Shown one piece after another: positions 44,345 through 57,716 of a stretch of DNA of 64,000 nucleotides. Source of the stretch: Adineta vaga (Eukaryota; Animalia; Rotifera). The position numbers and the translations under genes are program-made. Below the pieces are notes generated by a model. It was not told the DNA's origin. It searched no databases and saw nothing but the letters and a program-made list of their open reading frames with translations. Where the stretch lies: the NCBI GenBank assembly GCA_021613535.1, contig CP075493.1, positions 3,286,001 to 3,350,000 of the forward strand, read 5' to 3'. Positions within the stretch are counted from its first letter, which is position 1. Every line of letters starts with the position of its first letter.

Positions 44345-45329
44345 ATGAAAGATACTACTACCCTTCGTTATTTTACATCGATTCGTGAACAAGAACCTGA
44401 GTAAGAATAATTCATCAAAATCGATCAATTAATCTTTCTTTCTTTCTTTCTTTTTCTTTCATCAAAGCACATCTATAGCTATAACATCTATTCGTACATT
44501 ACTTGATGTTATCAAACGTTCATCTGCGGGTACATTAACTGAATTAACAGTTGAATTAAAATCTACTGTACAATTGTTAATAACTCATACTGATTCTTCT
44601 ATTCCAAGTGTTAAATCTGGATGTGAATTATTTTTACGTTTTATTACGTTAGCAGTTTTCGATGCATTTGGTATTGATGAATGTCGTCAGAAATTAATGG
44701 AACGTGGACAAATTTTTTTAAATCGAGCTTTACTATCTCGACAACGTATATCAGAATATAGTCAAGAATTTATTGTTGATGGAAGTATTATATTAACACA
44801 TTCCTATTCACGTGTTGTTCTTGCCTTATTAAAATATGCATCGCAGTTTACTCGATTTAAAGTTTTTGTTACTCAATCTGAACCTGATAAAAGTGGATTA
44901 AAGATGCGTGAAGAATTAGAAGCGATTGGTATACCAGCTATTTGTATATTAGATGCAAGTGTAGCATGTATGATGGAACAAGTTAGTCTTGTTTTAATTG
45001 GTTCCGAAGCTGTTGTTGAAAGTGGTGGTATTATTAATAAAATCGGAACATATAATCTTGCGATTGCAGCACGAGAAATGAATAAACCATTTTATGTTGC
45101 TGTTGAATCATTTAAATTCGTTCGATTTTATCCATTAAATAATCGTGATTTACCTGACGATTTTAAATATAAATCTTCAACAATTGCACGTTCAAGCGAA
45201 ATTAATTTAGCTAATGAACATCCGTTAGTAGATTATACACCACCAGTTTATATCACTTTATTATTCACTGATCTTGGTCCATTAACACCATCGGCTGTTA
45301 GTGATGAATTAATTAAGCTTTATATATAA
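44345..45329 (+). CDS. EIF2B1: Translation initiation factor eIF-2B subunit alpha, 2 exons
   Basis: SGCELFLRFIT, ILTHSYSRVV, GSEAVVESGGIINKIGT, KPFYVAVESFKFVR, HPLVDYTPP..ITLLFTDLG.LTPSAVSDELIKLY. Confidence 0.96.
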
Positions 45330-46160
45330 GATCAAGGTAGTGAACAAAATAATTTGTTTTTTTTAATAAAGAAATTAACTTTTTTTTCAATTCTTTATTT
45401 TATACAGAAAAGAAATGAATTTTTTGAATAACTAAATGAGTTGATAAGAATACTTCTCTTATTGATGATACCCTCTTTCGACTAATGTAAGGATAAAAAT
45501 GTGTTGTTATTATACATGTCATTTTATGACATTTAGACTCAATTTGTCCTTTCTCGAATAGTTATACCCGTTCCTTTCTATTCTTAACGATATATATATA
45601 TCTAGAGTATATAGGAAGATAATCTATAGATAACTTAGATTGACGTGTATGTTTGCAAAATAGAAGAGTATATTTGATAGAACTTTTCAAAACTTGATAC
45701 TCAAAAGAAAGATATCTATATTGTGTCTGAGAGAAATGCATAATAAATACATTTCTTTCGTTTATAAAATGAGAAAAGAACTCGGTTGCTCGTATCATTT
45801 ATCAATGATACTTATGCATTTCTCTTTCTAATAGATAGAAATCCAATAATCGATATGTAATGAGAACATCAAGAATTTTTAAAGTAAACTATACTGATAG
45901 TTCAATCAACTCTTGCATTTTCTCACAGTTTTACAATATGAATAATTTGTTGTTTTTGTCTACTAATATGTACCTATGCTAGTTCTTTTACCATCTAAAT
46001 CAAATGAAGATGTTCTGTTTTTCTTGCTTAAATTGATCTTATTATTTTATGTGATAAAAAAAACATCAGAAACTAAATAAATATTAGTTTCGATTTTCTA
46101 TATACAATTCTCTGCTGATCATATATGTAGAAGAGAAAAAGAAAAGAGTCCGAGAACATG

Positions 46161-47748
46161 TCAAAGTTCAGATAAAATACTTTCTACTCGATCATAAATT
46201 GAATTACCCCGATCGACAAGAGCATTTAATCGTTCAAGAACAAGCTTAATCGATTCTTGTGTTGTTGATGATAATCCTACGGACTGTTGATCGTCTTTTC
46301 GTTGTTGCTGTTCATGATCAACTAAGAGAACGGATGATTCATCAATAATTAAACGAGCATTTTCTTGTTGTTGATTTACAACTGTCGACAGAGATCGTAC
46401 GATATCATCTAGTTTTGAATGACGATGACCATTGGTTAATAGATGAGTTTTTGTTAAACTAGATTGTTGTTGTTCGTCATTTTCGTCGTCGTTATTATTA
46501 TTATTATTATTATTATTCATATGATAATTATCTCGAGAGATAAGAGCACGGTCTAGTTCATGTAAAGCTAAAGTAATAAAGAGAGAGAGAGAGAGAGAAA
46601 CAAGTTCAAATAGAGAAATGATTGTAAAAATGTTTTTACCTTTTTCTAGATGTGTTCGTACTGAAAATAAATCAGCTTTACTATTGATTGTTGATGAATG
46701 TGTTGCTCGTTTTGGATTTGTTAGTAAAGACGTTCGTTTTCGTTGATGATTTGTAGTAATAATTGATGGATGTCGAAGTTGTTGCGTTTGATCATCATCA
46801 TCAGTCATTATATGATTGATTTCATGATGTTCATCACTACCATTTGTCATTGTTGGACTCGATGGTTGTTGTTGATCATTATCCATACCTGGATGATTCT
46901 CTTCACTCTCCAGATTATTAATTTCATCGTCATCATCATCCATTTCATGATCGATATTAAGTAGAGAAATATGTTCAGGTACTTGAGTAATACCGCGAGT
47001 TGATGAACGTGTATATAATCCATTAGTACCATTCGAACGGGGATCTTTTACTTTTCTCGCAGCACTGAAAATATTGAAAAGAACATCTTTATTCAGACTT
47101 TCATTTTCTCGTGATTGTTAAGTTTTCTACTGTCACGTCAAGGTTTTTTTTCAGAGAGATAGGATCTACTTCATTGTTTGTTCAATGCGAAAAAAGCGAG
47201 AAAATAACACGATATGTAATCAATTTATCGGTCTGATCAGTTTAGAAGTGTGAATAAGTGATGATATTCCAATCGGATGTTTTACAACTTTGTATGCATA
47301 CACAATATTCTACACTTTCAGAAATCAAGTACAAGAAATGATTTCCTTCCGATTACATCTCATTTCCGTTCGTATATATAGCAATCGAAAGAAAGTGAAT
47401 TGTGCTGTTGAGAAAAGGCCTATATTATTAATTCATAGATTAATATTGTTATTTACCGCTCTCGATGAAAATAATCTGAAATTCGTCGATAAGCTTTACG
47501 TTCATCTAGTAATTTATAAATTTTCTTAATTGTTAATGGTACATTGGATTCTCGTTTAATATATTCACCATATTTTTTATAATCATTACCTAATCGAGAG
47601 AAAAATAACAAAATCAAAATTAAATTTCAGTCAGAACAAAAGAACTTAATTAACCATAAATTTCACGTAATTGAAATAATAATACTTTTTCATCTTCTTG
47701 TATTCGAATGACTTTAGTTGATGATTGAGAAATTGGTGGAGTAGCCAT
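46161..47748 (-). CDS. Uncharacterised probable nuclear protein: N-terminal Myb/SANT-like helical domain plus acidic, Asn/Gln-rich low-complexity region; 4 exons
   Basis: Spliced ORF MATPPISQ..IQEDEKVLLFQLREIYGNDYKKYGEYIKRE..RRISDYFHRERAARKVK joins in frame to the 260-aa ORF. Confidence 0.65.
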
Positions 47749-47749
47749 T

Positions 47750-48262
47750 CTTACTTCACACGTGTGTTGTGCGAGTAGTAAATGTTCGACGCACAGTGCG
47801 ATTGACGACGAAAGACAGACGATGGATGCACAAACACCGTATGTGCGTGCGTGTGCTCGCTCGTTTGCGCTCGATGGAAGAGGGGAAAGAAGAGAAATGA
47901 ATGATGACGGACTGAATGAAACACGACGACGACGACGATGACGACGTCAACTGACGAGTCGGCATTGCTGCGGCGGCTCGTTCGCTCGTTGTCGGTTGGT
48001 GCTGTGCGCTTGTATGTGTCTGTCTCTTTTTTCCTCATCACTCGGCAGCGTTAGCGACGATAACTAGCGCGCAAGTCGATCATGTTCGTTTGTTCTCTGT
48101 CTATGACTCGCTTTTGGTTATATTGTCGGTAAGAAACGAGTATGTGCTACGTGATGTGCATATATGCGACTACTACTACTAGCAGTCATCGTTGCTCTCC
48201 TTTTGTATTGTTCGAGTTACGACGGGAGTATGCCCACGTGAGGTCAACGAACAGGTTCGCGA
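47750..48262. promoter_or_regulatory. GC/CpG-rich island in the bidirectional promoter/5' UTR region between the Myb-like gene and ETHE1
   Basis: Visibly higher GC and CpG density (GACGACG, GCTCGCTCG, GTGCGTGCG) than the surrounding AT-rich sequence. Confidence 0.55.
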
Positions 48263-48373
48263 TAGTAATATGAAAGAGAAAAGAAAAAGAAGAAGAAAAA
48301 GAAAACATACATAAAAATCTGATGAAAATATATTGATGAATATCATTTTTCATTCATATACAAACTATTTCAG

Positions 48374-49452
48374 ATGTTTATTCGTCCTATTGGTTGTGTT
48401 TTAAAAACTTTAAATCATGGTCGATTCTCAACTGAAGCGAAACGTGCGCTATCGAACGGTTCATTTGTTCGGCAGGTAGACGAAATAAATTCGCATTGCT
48501 AAATTCAATCTATCAATTCATCTAATTTCATTCAGCTCTTTGAACAGACAACATCAACATATACTTACATAGTTGCGGATGGAAAATCTCGTGAGGCTCT
48601 CCTTATTGATCCAGTTATAACAACAGTTGCACGAGATATGCAGCTGCTGAAACAACTTGGTTTACGTTTACGATATGCAAGTAGTTATGAGTAACATCGA
48701 TGAATAGTAGCGTATTGATCTTTCTTTTTCTCTCAGTTAATACACATGTTCATGCTGATCATATTACCGGAAGTGGTCGATTGAAAACTTTGTTACCGGA
48801 ATGTCAAAGTGTTATAAGTAAAGTGAGTGGAGCTAAAGCGGATATATTTATTGAAGATGGTGATGAAATTGTCATTGGTGATAAAAAAGATGGTTTAGTA
48901 ATTGAATGTCGATCAACACCAGGACATACGAATGGCAGATATAAAACTAATATGGAAAATAAATGAAAGAGGACTGTTTATTTTTTAGGTTGTATGACTT
49001 ATGTTTGGCATAAAGGTTCAAGCGTCTTTACTGGTGATTGTCTTTTAATTCGAGGTTGTGGACGAACAGATTTTCAACAGGGTAGTGCCGATAAGATCTA
49101 TACATCCATTCATAAACGTATATTTACATTACCTGATCATTTTATTGTATATCCGGGACATGATTATACAGGTAAAAAGTCGCAAAAGAAATCAATCGAA
49201 AATCGACATTTGGTAATTGTTCTAGGTCAAACAACTTCAACAATTGCAGAAGAAAAGCAGTATAATAGTCGATTGACTAAATCACGTGAAGAGTTTACAC
49301 ATATTATGAAAGAACTTAAATTAAGTTATCCATTGCAAATAGGTAAGTGTGCATTTACTTCAAGGCGAAGAATTTTTATTTGAATTCATCAAATCACTTT
49401 AGATAAAGCTGTTCCTGCGAATATGATCTGTGGTTTATTACCAGAATCATAA
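48374..49452 (+). CDS. ETHE1: Mitochondrial persulfide dioxygenase (metallo-beta-lactamase fold), 6 exons
   Basis: [78 protein letters not shown]; Arg/Ser-rich targeting peptide. Confidence 0.96.
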
Positions 49453-50140
49453 TATCGAACGTTAATATCTTTTATATTTCTACTCATAAATTATTTCTTA
49501 ACTAAAATTAATATAACTTTCGAATAAAACTAAATCGTATGAATATCATCCAAGTCAATTGAGTGATGTTCAATTAAATTCATCAAAACGAAGATAATTT
49601 TGTTTATTCATTATAAATCGATGGTGTATTTTCAAGGAAAAATTCCGATTATGTTTGTTTTCTTACCAACTGACAAAAAGAATAGAAAATCGCAATATAA
49701 TGTTCTAGTCAACTATAATTATAACTAAGAATTTTCTTCTTTATACTAATCGAAACTTAATCAGAACAAAACTAGTTTTACTTATCATATAAGATATTAA
49801 ACAAATATTCAGTTCTTAATATACAATAAAGTTTTCTAAATTCACATTTCTTCTTAAAATAACTCTTTGCTGTTTTATGTCATTGTAATTAACAATACAA
49901 TAAAACATCTATTCTATCATCGAGATCTGCTATAATAATAGAGATGAGACTTTTATATTCCTATAGACTATCAATAACGATGCTGGTGTACTCAAATATT
50001 TATGTTATAATTTCTCGTAATACAGAAAAGCAAAGTATTTTGACTAGAAAAAAACAATAGGAAATATTCGTATTTATTTAACTATTGAGATTCACTGTAT
50101 TGTCCGGAATGAAAGAAATTATTGTGATTACGTTCTTATA

Positions 50141-52555
50141 TCAATTGCTGATAAATTCTGTGCATCCTTGAAAGCAAACGAAAGACATAATTGTCGATCT
50201 CGTAAATCAGACCAACCACCATTTAATTGTTTAACTAAACGTTTGTTTTCATGTTTAGTATGCAAAGAAAGAGGCGTTGTTGGAAAGAGATATTTTCGAT
50301 TAGTTCGATAGAATGATTCTGTTTCTTTCCATCGAGCAATATCCGATACATTTGAACAGAATTTCTTATGATGAATACCACTAAAAAAGAAACAATATTT
50401 GATAGAATTTCTTTGTTTTTTTTAAAACGAAAAACAGTTGGAAATACCATGATCCGAGGTGTATCACACGTGTTGCACTTGACCACATAACACGTGGAAA
50501 ATGAAATCGTTGTTGAGCTAAATGAACAAGTGACCAATCCCAATTATAATCATCGAGTGTACAAAATTCTTCCGCATATTTCACAAGTAATCTCCAGAAT
50601 TGGTAAGAAATTGTCATTCCAAGATTAAATCTTGCATGCCAATATGCCACTGATATCTAAATAGAAGTTTATTTTGTAAAGAAAAGAGATTGAAAAGATC
50701 TAGATTGATACAACTTACTTTAGAACCAAGTTTTCCAAATTGTTTCCCTGACTTTTCAAGATTTCCTAATGTAAAGAAGGTACAAGTAGGACATAGACTA
50801 GAGAAAAATAAGAAATTATGTTTGAAAATTAAACGTTTTCCTTACTGTTCTTTTTCATTCTCCATCTTTTTAAGAAAGACAAGTGCGTCAGGTGATAAAT
50901 AGAAATCTTCTTCAAGAAGCAATAACAGATGATCAGTACGATTCTGTAAGATTTCAATGGAATTATATACATAATTAAGCTAAAAAGAAGAAATTGATAA
51001 ACTAATACAATATAATGACAACGAAATAAAAATATCAATTCGATGATGTTTTAATCATCGTCGTCATTGAGAATATAATTTTGATTGTTCATTATACTTA
51101 CTTTCCACCACCAATGATGTTTTATTTGTACAATAGATACTTCTCGATAATGTCCATATCTATCTGGATATGGTGCATTTTTACATCGAATAGCCAAAGC
51201 TCTGAAATATTTCCAAAAAAAAAGAATTTATTATTCTCATAGCAAAAATCCTCACATGCGATATTAGTATAAACAAGAGAATAAAATATCATTTAGTTAT
51301 TCAGAAATTGCAAGATATAGAAATGTAAAACCAAACTAGTCTGATTTCCATGTAAAAAGAAGCAACTATCAAAAATATGATTAAGAAAATCGATTAAAAA
51401 TCGAATTGAAATTGTGTAATTTGAATCGATTGTTAACGCGTTTTTCTTTTTACATGGGATAGTTCTATTATTTAATAATATCTCACCTGTGAATATCTTT
51501 CTGTGAACGACTGTAAATATGAATCAGTTTATATAAGAAAAACAAAATATATGATAGTTCTTTTTTCGAATATATTTACTTTTGTTTAGGTATATCACGT
51601 TGACAATCATTTGGATCAAGACCAGGAAATTCATTAGGATAAAGTTGTTGTGAAAAAGGATAGAATATTTGAATAACCTAAATTAGTAGATATGTTGCAT
51701 TAAAATATTTCTAAATATATATAACTATCATGATGATCTCTTGAGAATTGTTACTATTCTTATGGAGTAGTTAAACGAGTATTAAACAATAGTTTATCAT
51801 TCAGGAAAATTCTTGAATCTCATATGTCATTTTTCGTCGGAATTATCTCGTAATACTATTATAAAAAAGAATGTCTACGAAGAGTCTTTTGTATCATATA
51901 AATCACAACTAATGGATCTTTTCATAATCAAATTTCCACATATGTCATACATGTCTATATATCAGTTGAATAGATTCGAAAAATGTCCATTGAATCACAT
52001 ATCCGAGAGACTTTTATGTTATAAAAATGATCTTTTCATGAAAGAATATACTTCCTAATTGAATTAATATTTAAAAAAATTCATTACCGGAACGAAGGTT
52101 ATATTTGTAATCAATGAATTGATATCAGAATGAATAAAATCATGACTAAATATAACTAATGATTGATTAATTGTTTCCACTTCTTGTAACATTTGAATGA
52201 ATTTTTTTAAATATACAACACGTGTATGAACTTGAACAAGTAGAATATATCGTGTTGTACTAGACGAGAATAAATTCTTATTATACATATATTGTTCATG
52301 ATTTTTCTGTTTAACATATTGACGATAATAATCGAGTGATAATTCATTTGATGTATTAGTAAATGTGATTCTATTCAAAGATAGATTTGATGATTTCATT
52401 TGTTTATCAAAAGGTAATGAAGATAAATGTTCATCATTTGAATATCGTTGTAAATCATTGAATGATAGAATTGTTATTTTTAATAAAGTTAAAATAAAAA
52501 ATCCAAGAATGAAATAACGAAGAAGAATATAACGATAGCGAAACAACCGAGACAT
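50141..52555 (-). CDS. MGAT2: Alpha-1,6-mannosyl-glycoprotein 2-beta-N-acetylglucosaminyltransferase (GnT-II)
   Basis: Type II TM; LLVQVHTR, LVIFSHD, FPGLDPNDC, YPDRYGHYRE..VQIKHHWWWK, LLLEEDFYL, FCTLDDYNWDWSL, RVIHLG, GGWSDLRDRQLC. Confidence 0.95.
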
Positions 52556-54153
52556 GTTTGTTAAAAGCAGTACCACAGACTAATAGTATAGATAAGAAAG
52601 AAAGGAAAAAAAAATTCGATGACAAAAGAAAAAGAAGAAGAAGGGAGAAAATCGTTTTTTACGTGATGGATAATCGATAGAAGATATGAACGTCATCAAC
52701 ATACATCTTCAATCAGAAATAATCGTATTCGAAGAAGAAAATGAAGATTTTTGCTTATGTTAAATGATGACATTCGGATGAAAATAAATGTTAACATGAA
52801 ATTGCTTAACAAGTTTCTTTATCTTATTGAATGATAATTAAATTAAGCGGAAACAAGACTTTCTGATCGATTTCTATTTTCTTATTATTATTATCAATAG
52901 TGCGAAACAAAAAATCGAATAGAGTTTTTCTTCAAAGAAATAAGTATATTTCAATGTGGTATTAATTTACTCTAACAATTCGATTCTCTCTCTATGGTAA
53001 TGAGAAAAGAAAACCTTTCTAAAACAAAAAAACATCTTACAAGGACTCTTTTTCTAGTCGGCTCATAACGACCTTGTAAACAAAGTCGTCTATTTTATAT
53101 TAGATGCGAATGATTTCCTTCGATTCCTTCTCATTTTTTTTTCACATGCTTCTTGTTTCGTATGATATATATTGCTTTGGGGACAATGAATGTGTGAGAT
53201 ATTAAATAACATGCAATCATAGAAATGAATCACAAATCTACGGCAAAGAACCAGAATAGATTCTAATTTTCTTGATTAAAATCGCCTGTATGCAGAAATC
53301 TAAGTAAATAATTGAATACTGCTTATTCAAACAAGTTCTTTTGTTTTTATCTGTTCGTGAGCATAAAAGTAACCGATTCATGATAGATAACAGAAGATTC
53401 AGTGAAGATGTCACTATATATAATGATATTATATAATTTCGGTTAGAAATGCAGACATATATTCAAGTCTTGTATTCTATATCTTCTATTGATTGTTCGA
53501 ACACATATTATTTCATTTTTGAATATATAAATCCCTGAGGACTCAACTTTAAAATCAATTGTATATACAAATAACAATTCAGCAAGTTCATTGATGCTGC
53601 ATAATATGTTCCATAAGGATACAATTATTTGATTTTTCATCAAGGATCATCAACAATCGTACATATTTCATTAAATTTCAGATTTGTATATATTTGATTA
53701 TCTTCTTCTTCCCAGCAGATGTTTTCTTTCAATTTTCTAACATGGATAACTAATGTTCCTTTTTCTCACTACACTCTCTGATTATGTTTGGTTCTGTTAA
53801 TGTGATACTTACTCGACAAGATGTCACAGACTATATACTGTCAACAAACATCTGATGTGATATAATGTATACACTGTCAGTCGATAGAAGATTTTTTTTC
53901 TTGTAATACTATGTATAAACTATCGTTGATCTTATCATGAACAAGACAGAAAAAGCATCAAACTAGAATAGGAATCTTCTTGATTTACTGCTGTTTCTTC
54001 TCTTTTTTATATCGTCTTAAGTCTATCATTTTTTTCTTCTTATTTCCGCCTTGATGCTCTTCTAACTGTACAAATTGTTCTTATCAAGATATAAACCAAT
54101 GAAGAATTAGGACTAATTTTTCTGTGAAAAAAAAAACAAGAAAAGAATTTCTT

Positions 54154-57100
54154 ATGGAATCTCGACGGCTTACAATGTCGAATCCATCGGCTGCGTTCTC
54201 CATCCTTGCTCATGAAGCACTAGATCATATAGCTACTGATGCTGAAAATGACGATGGCTTAAATCAAGAAACTCGACTACAACGTTCGCGACGTCGAATA
54301 AAAGTAAATTCAAATCGTCTTTTTTTTCTTTCTCTTTAAATGTTTTTCAATAAATAATTCTAATGCAATTTCAATGAGAGATGATAGATGTGTTCAGTAG
54401 ACAAAGAAAACTGTCATAAGAAACTATCATATCGAACATTGATGATGTCCTTTAGCGGAAAATGATGAGATGTCAAAGATATAATCATTATTTCTTTTAA
54501 GGATAAACATTTGTCTTTTTTTTTCTGCCTAACGACCAGAACGAGTTTCTTATTGTAACATCTATGTATTTTCTTTCTTCTTCTTTTTTGACAGATCTAA
54601 GCTATTTGTCCTTTTGTTACAAAGCTGAAAAAGAAATGCCACTCAGTGATTACGCCTATCTTTGCAGAAGATCCTAAACACTCAGATTACGCTAGCAAAA
54701 GAAAAATGACCTTCTTATCCTAAACTATAGATGCATGAATATGGCATAAAACAGTCACATAGCAAATACCAAAAACGCTTTATTTAATCAGACAATGTAT
54801 ATGTATATAAAACCAAACAGAATACAAGCACACATGTTGAATAATAACACCAAAATAGATATCGGCAAATGCCATCTGTTTTTGGTTGAAAGAAAATAAG
54901 AACGACCTGAAAACATATAAGAGGAACAAACGGTGTTATCATTATTTGTAACATTTCATTAGAAAATGGATAGTAGTACAACTCAGCTTTCGAAGAAACG
55001 AACTAGTTTTGTCCCAGTCCGTGACATGCAGGTAATTGTTTGTTATGATGGAATTCCTTTCTTCTTCTTCTTCTTTTTTTTCTTTTGCTCTTTTATATAC
55101 ATAATTATGCCCATGTCGTTTTTGTCCATGTATGTTTGTTAATTATCCCAAGAAAAATAGACAATAACAACCACCAACCGTGCTTAGATGAGTTATGGAT
55201 CTTAACAAACACTATTAAGAGTCGTTTTCTCCTTTCTTCTTGCATATATAAATATATTTATGTCTATTGGTGGACAACAAGTGAGTGACGGATATTCGTA
55301 ATTATGGATCATCAACCATCGATATTGAAACGACCAACTAAAGTGATAGATAAAGATATTTTTCTAAACAAGAGAACATAAAATAGAAAACAATGGTTTT
55401 TATATTTCTTTTCTTTTAGCGTGATTTCAATAATTTACCGGAAAAAGTTCTTCTGGCCATATTTTCTTATTTACCTCACGTAGAACTATTACGTTGTGCA
55501 CGTGTTTGTCGTTTATGGCGTTCATTAAGTCAAAATTCAAAATTATGGAAAACAGTTTTTCTTCGACCAGAATATCATGGTTTACATATTCGAAATTCGG
55601 ATATTTTTCTTAGTCTAATTGGTCATCGTTTTTCTTCGTCATTACAATTTATTGAATTACCAATGGAATTAATTACAGCTGATATCTTACATGAATTAGC
55701 AAATAAATGTTTGAATTTAAAATATTTAACATTAGATTTTTCGACTGCAATGCAATTACATGATTTTAATGATTTAAATGCATTTCCGTGCAATTTAAAA
55801 ATGCTTTGTATTTGTTTATCAGAAGTGATTTTTCTTGAAGGTTTTATGAGACGTATTTATGCATTTTTATCTTCATTAGAAGTTTTACAAATCATTGGTA
55901 AATAGAAAGAAAACTGATCAATTTAATATTAATCTTTTTTTCTCGTTAAATTAAAGGTACAATTGAAAATTCGAATGAAGCCGAAGAGGAAATCTATGAA
56001 ACAATCAATATTAGTAAAATTAAAGCTCAAACACCAAATCTTCGAGTAAGTTAGTTTTTGATGATAATTTTCTATTGTAAAATTAAATTTTGTAAAGGTT
56101 ATTAATTTATATGGAGTCTTTTTTATTGATGATAATCATATTGAAATAATTGCATCTGGTTGTATTCATCTTGGTTGTTTAGCATTAAATTTTTGTACTC
56201 GAGTTAAAGGTACAAGTTTTAAAAATCTATTATTACGTTGCAAAAAATTACAATGTCTTCTTCTTCAAAATACTGGTACATTAATTCAAGATAAAACTTT
56301 CATTTTGTAAGTTTTGATAATTAAATTTTAGGTATTGACGATAGTGCAATGTTAACAGCTGAATGGGAATTATCCATTCTCAATGAATTGGATATATCAT
56401 CGACAGATTTAACAGAAAGTTGTCTTTTACATTTATTTTCCAGAATGCCAAAATTAACTTATCTAGCCGTACCAAATTGTGATGGTTTTACTGATCAAGT
56501 AATCGTTTACTTTGATATTGTTTTGTTTTTTTGATATTTCGTTTCTTTATTCAAGGTTCTTGATCTTTTGATTGATCAAGGAAAGTTAACAAATCTACGT
56601 GCGATTGATATAAGTAATACGGTTAATCTCAATTATGAATCATTACTTAGTTTATTTAAACATAATGGTCATCAATTACATGGTTTATCATATGCAGGAA
56701 ATGCGAAAGTAACTGAACAATTTTGGATAAATGCAATAAAATATTTGAAAAATATCAGGTATCGTATGATTTGATCATTGAAAGTAAATCATCAATCACT
56801 CTAAGATATGTCTCATTTGAATGATTTGATCTTGACACACATTGAAAATAATAAATAAACGATATAATCATAGAAGAAGGTCAAATTCAGTCATTCTCTC
56901 TCTCTCTTTCTTTTTCCTTTTCTCTCTATACGATTTAACGATTAATCGTATTATCAAAAACTTTATTGTCAATATATATATATATATATATATATATAGA
57001 AAAACAAACAATGTGTTGAGTACCGAAGGAATGATTGTAATGATAAATCAACGAAAAATTTCGCGGAAACCATCAATGATTCGGAAAAATGAAAGCGTGC

Positions 57101-57716
57101 CTAGACAAATTTCGCTTTGCGCTTTTCGCTGTTCTAATATACTTTGTTGAGTCATCATCATACTAAATAAAGAAAATACTTTTGTCTAATTCTATACGTC
57201 ATAGTTATCAACAAGAAGAATATCTATAGATTAAGGAAAGATGATTGAGCATTGAAAATATCTATTCAAGTTTGATTTGAAGGTTAATTGTGTTTTGTAT
57301 TGAAGAATCTTAGTTATTGGTACATCGCATGGATGGTTTAAAAAGATCAATACACGTATTCATGTTGATCAAATTTTGGAAGCATGTGCGCAAGAATGTC
57401 AAAAATTAGAACGATTAGAAATTCAATGGGATGAAGAAACATTACGATGGAATGAAAATAGTTCGAAATTTATTGATCATATTCGGTAAATACTTATTTA
57501 ATGAATTTGACTTTATATTATGAAAATCTTATGTATTATTTTAGTATTCGGTGTACAAAATTACTTTCATTAATTTTAGCTGATGGAGAATATTATGAAT
57601 TAGTTCGATCAAATTTTGAACGAGCTGATCGTCAACGTGTTGTTCGCACTACAACTAGTGATCAAACAAGCATAGTTAGTCTACTTAATTATTATCATGA
57701 TCTACGATTCAATTAA
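54154..57716 (+). CDS. F-box/leucine-rich repeat protein (FBXL family); two candidate first exons
   Basis: F-box FNNLPEKVLLAIFSYLPHVELLRCARVCRLWRSLSQNSKLWK followed by LRRs (KCLNLKYLTLDF, PNLRVINLYG, LNELDISST). Confidence 0.88.
56972..56998. repeat. (AT)n microsatellite in an FBXL intron
   Basis: About 13 AT units. Confidence 0.85.

Noticed and set aside
47751-48041. Two minus-strand ORFs in the GC-rich island
   Set aside because: Low-complexity translations of GAC repeats; more likely promoter/5' UTR sequence.
52600-54100. Long intergenic stretches (also 15050-17050, 36100-37750) as possible transposon remnants
   Set aside because: No terminal inverted repeats, LTRs, target-site duplications or transposase/RT ORFs detected by eye.
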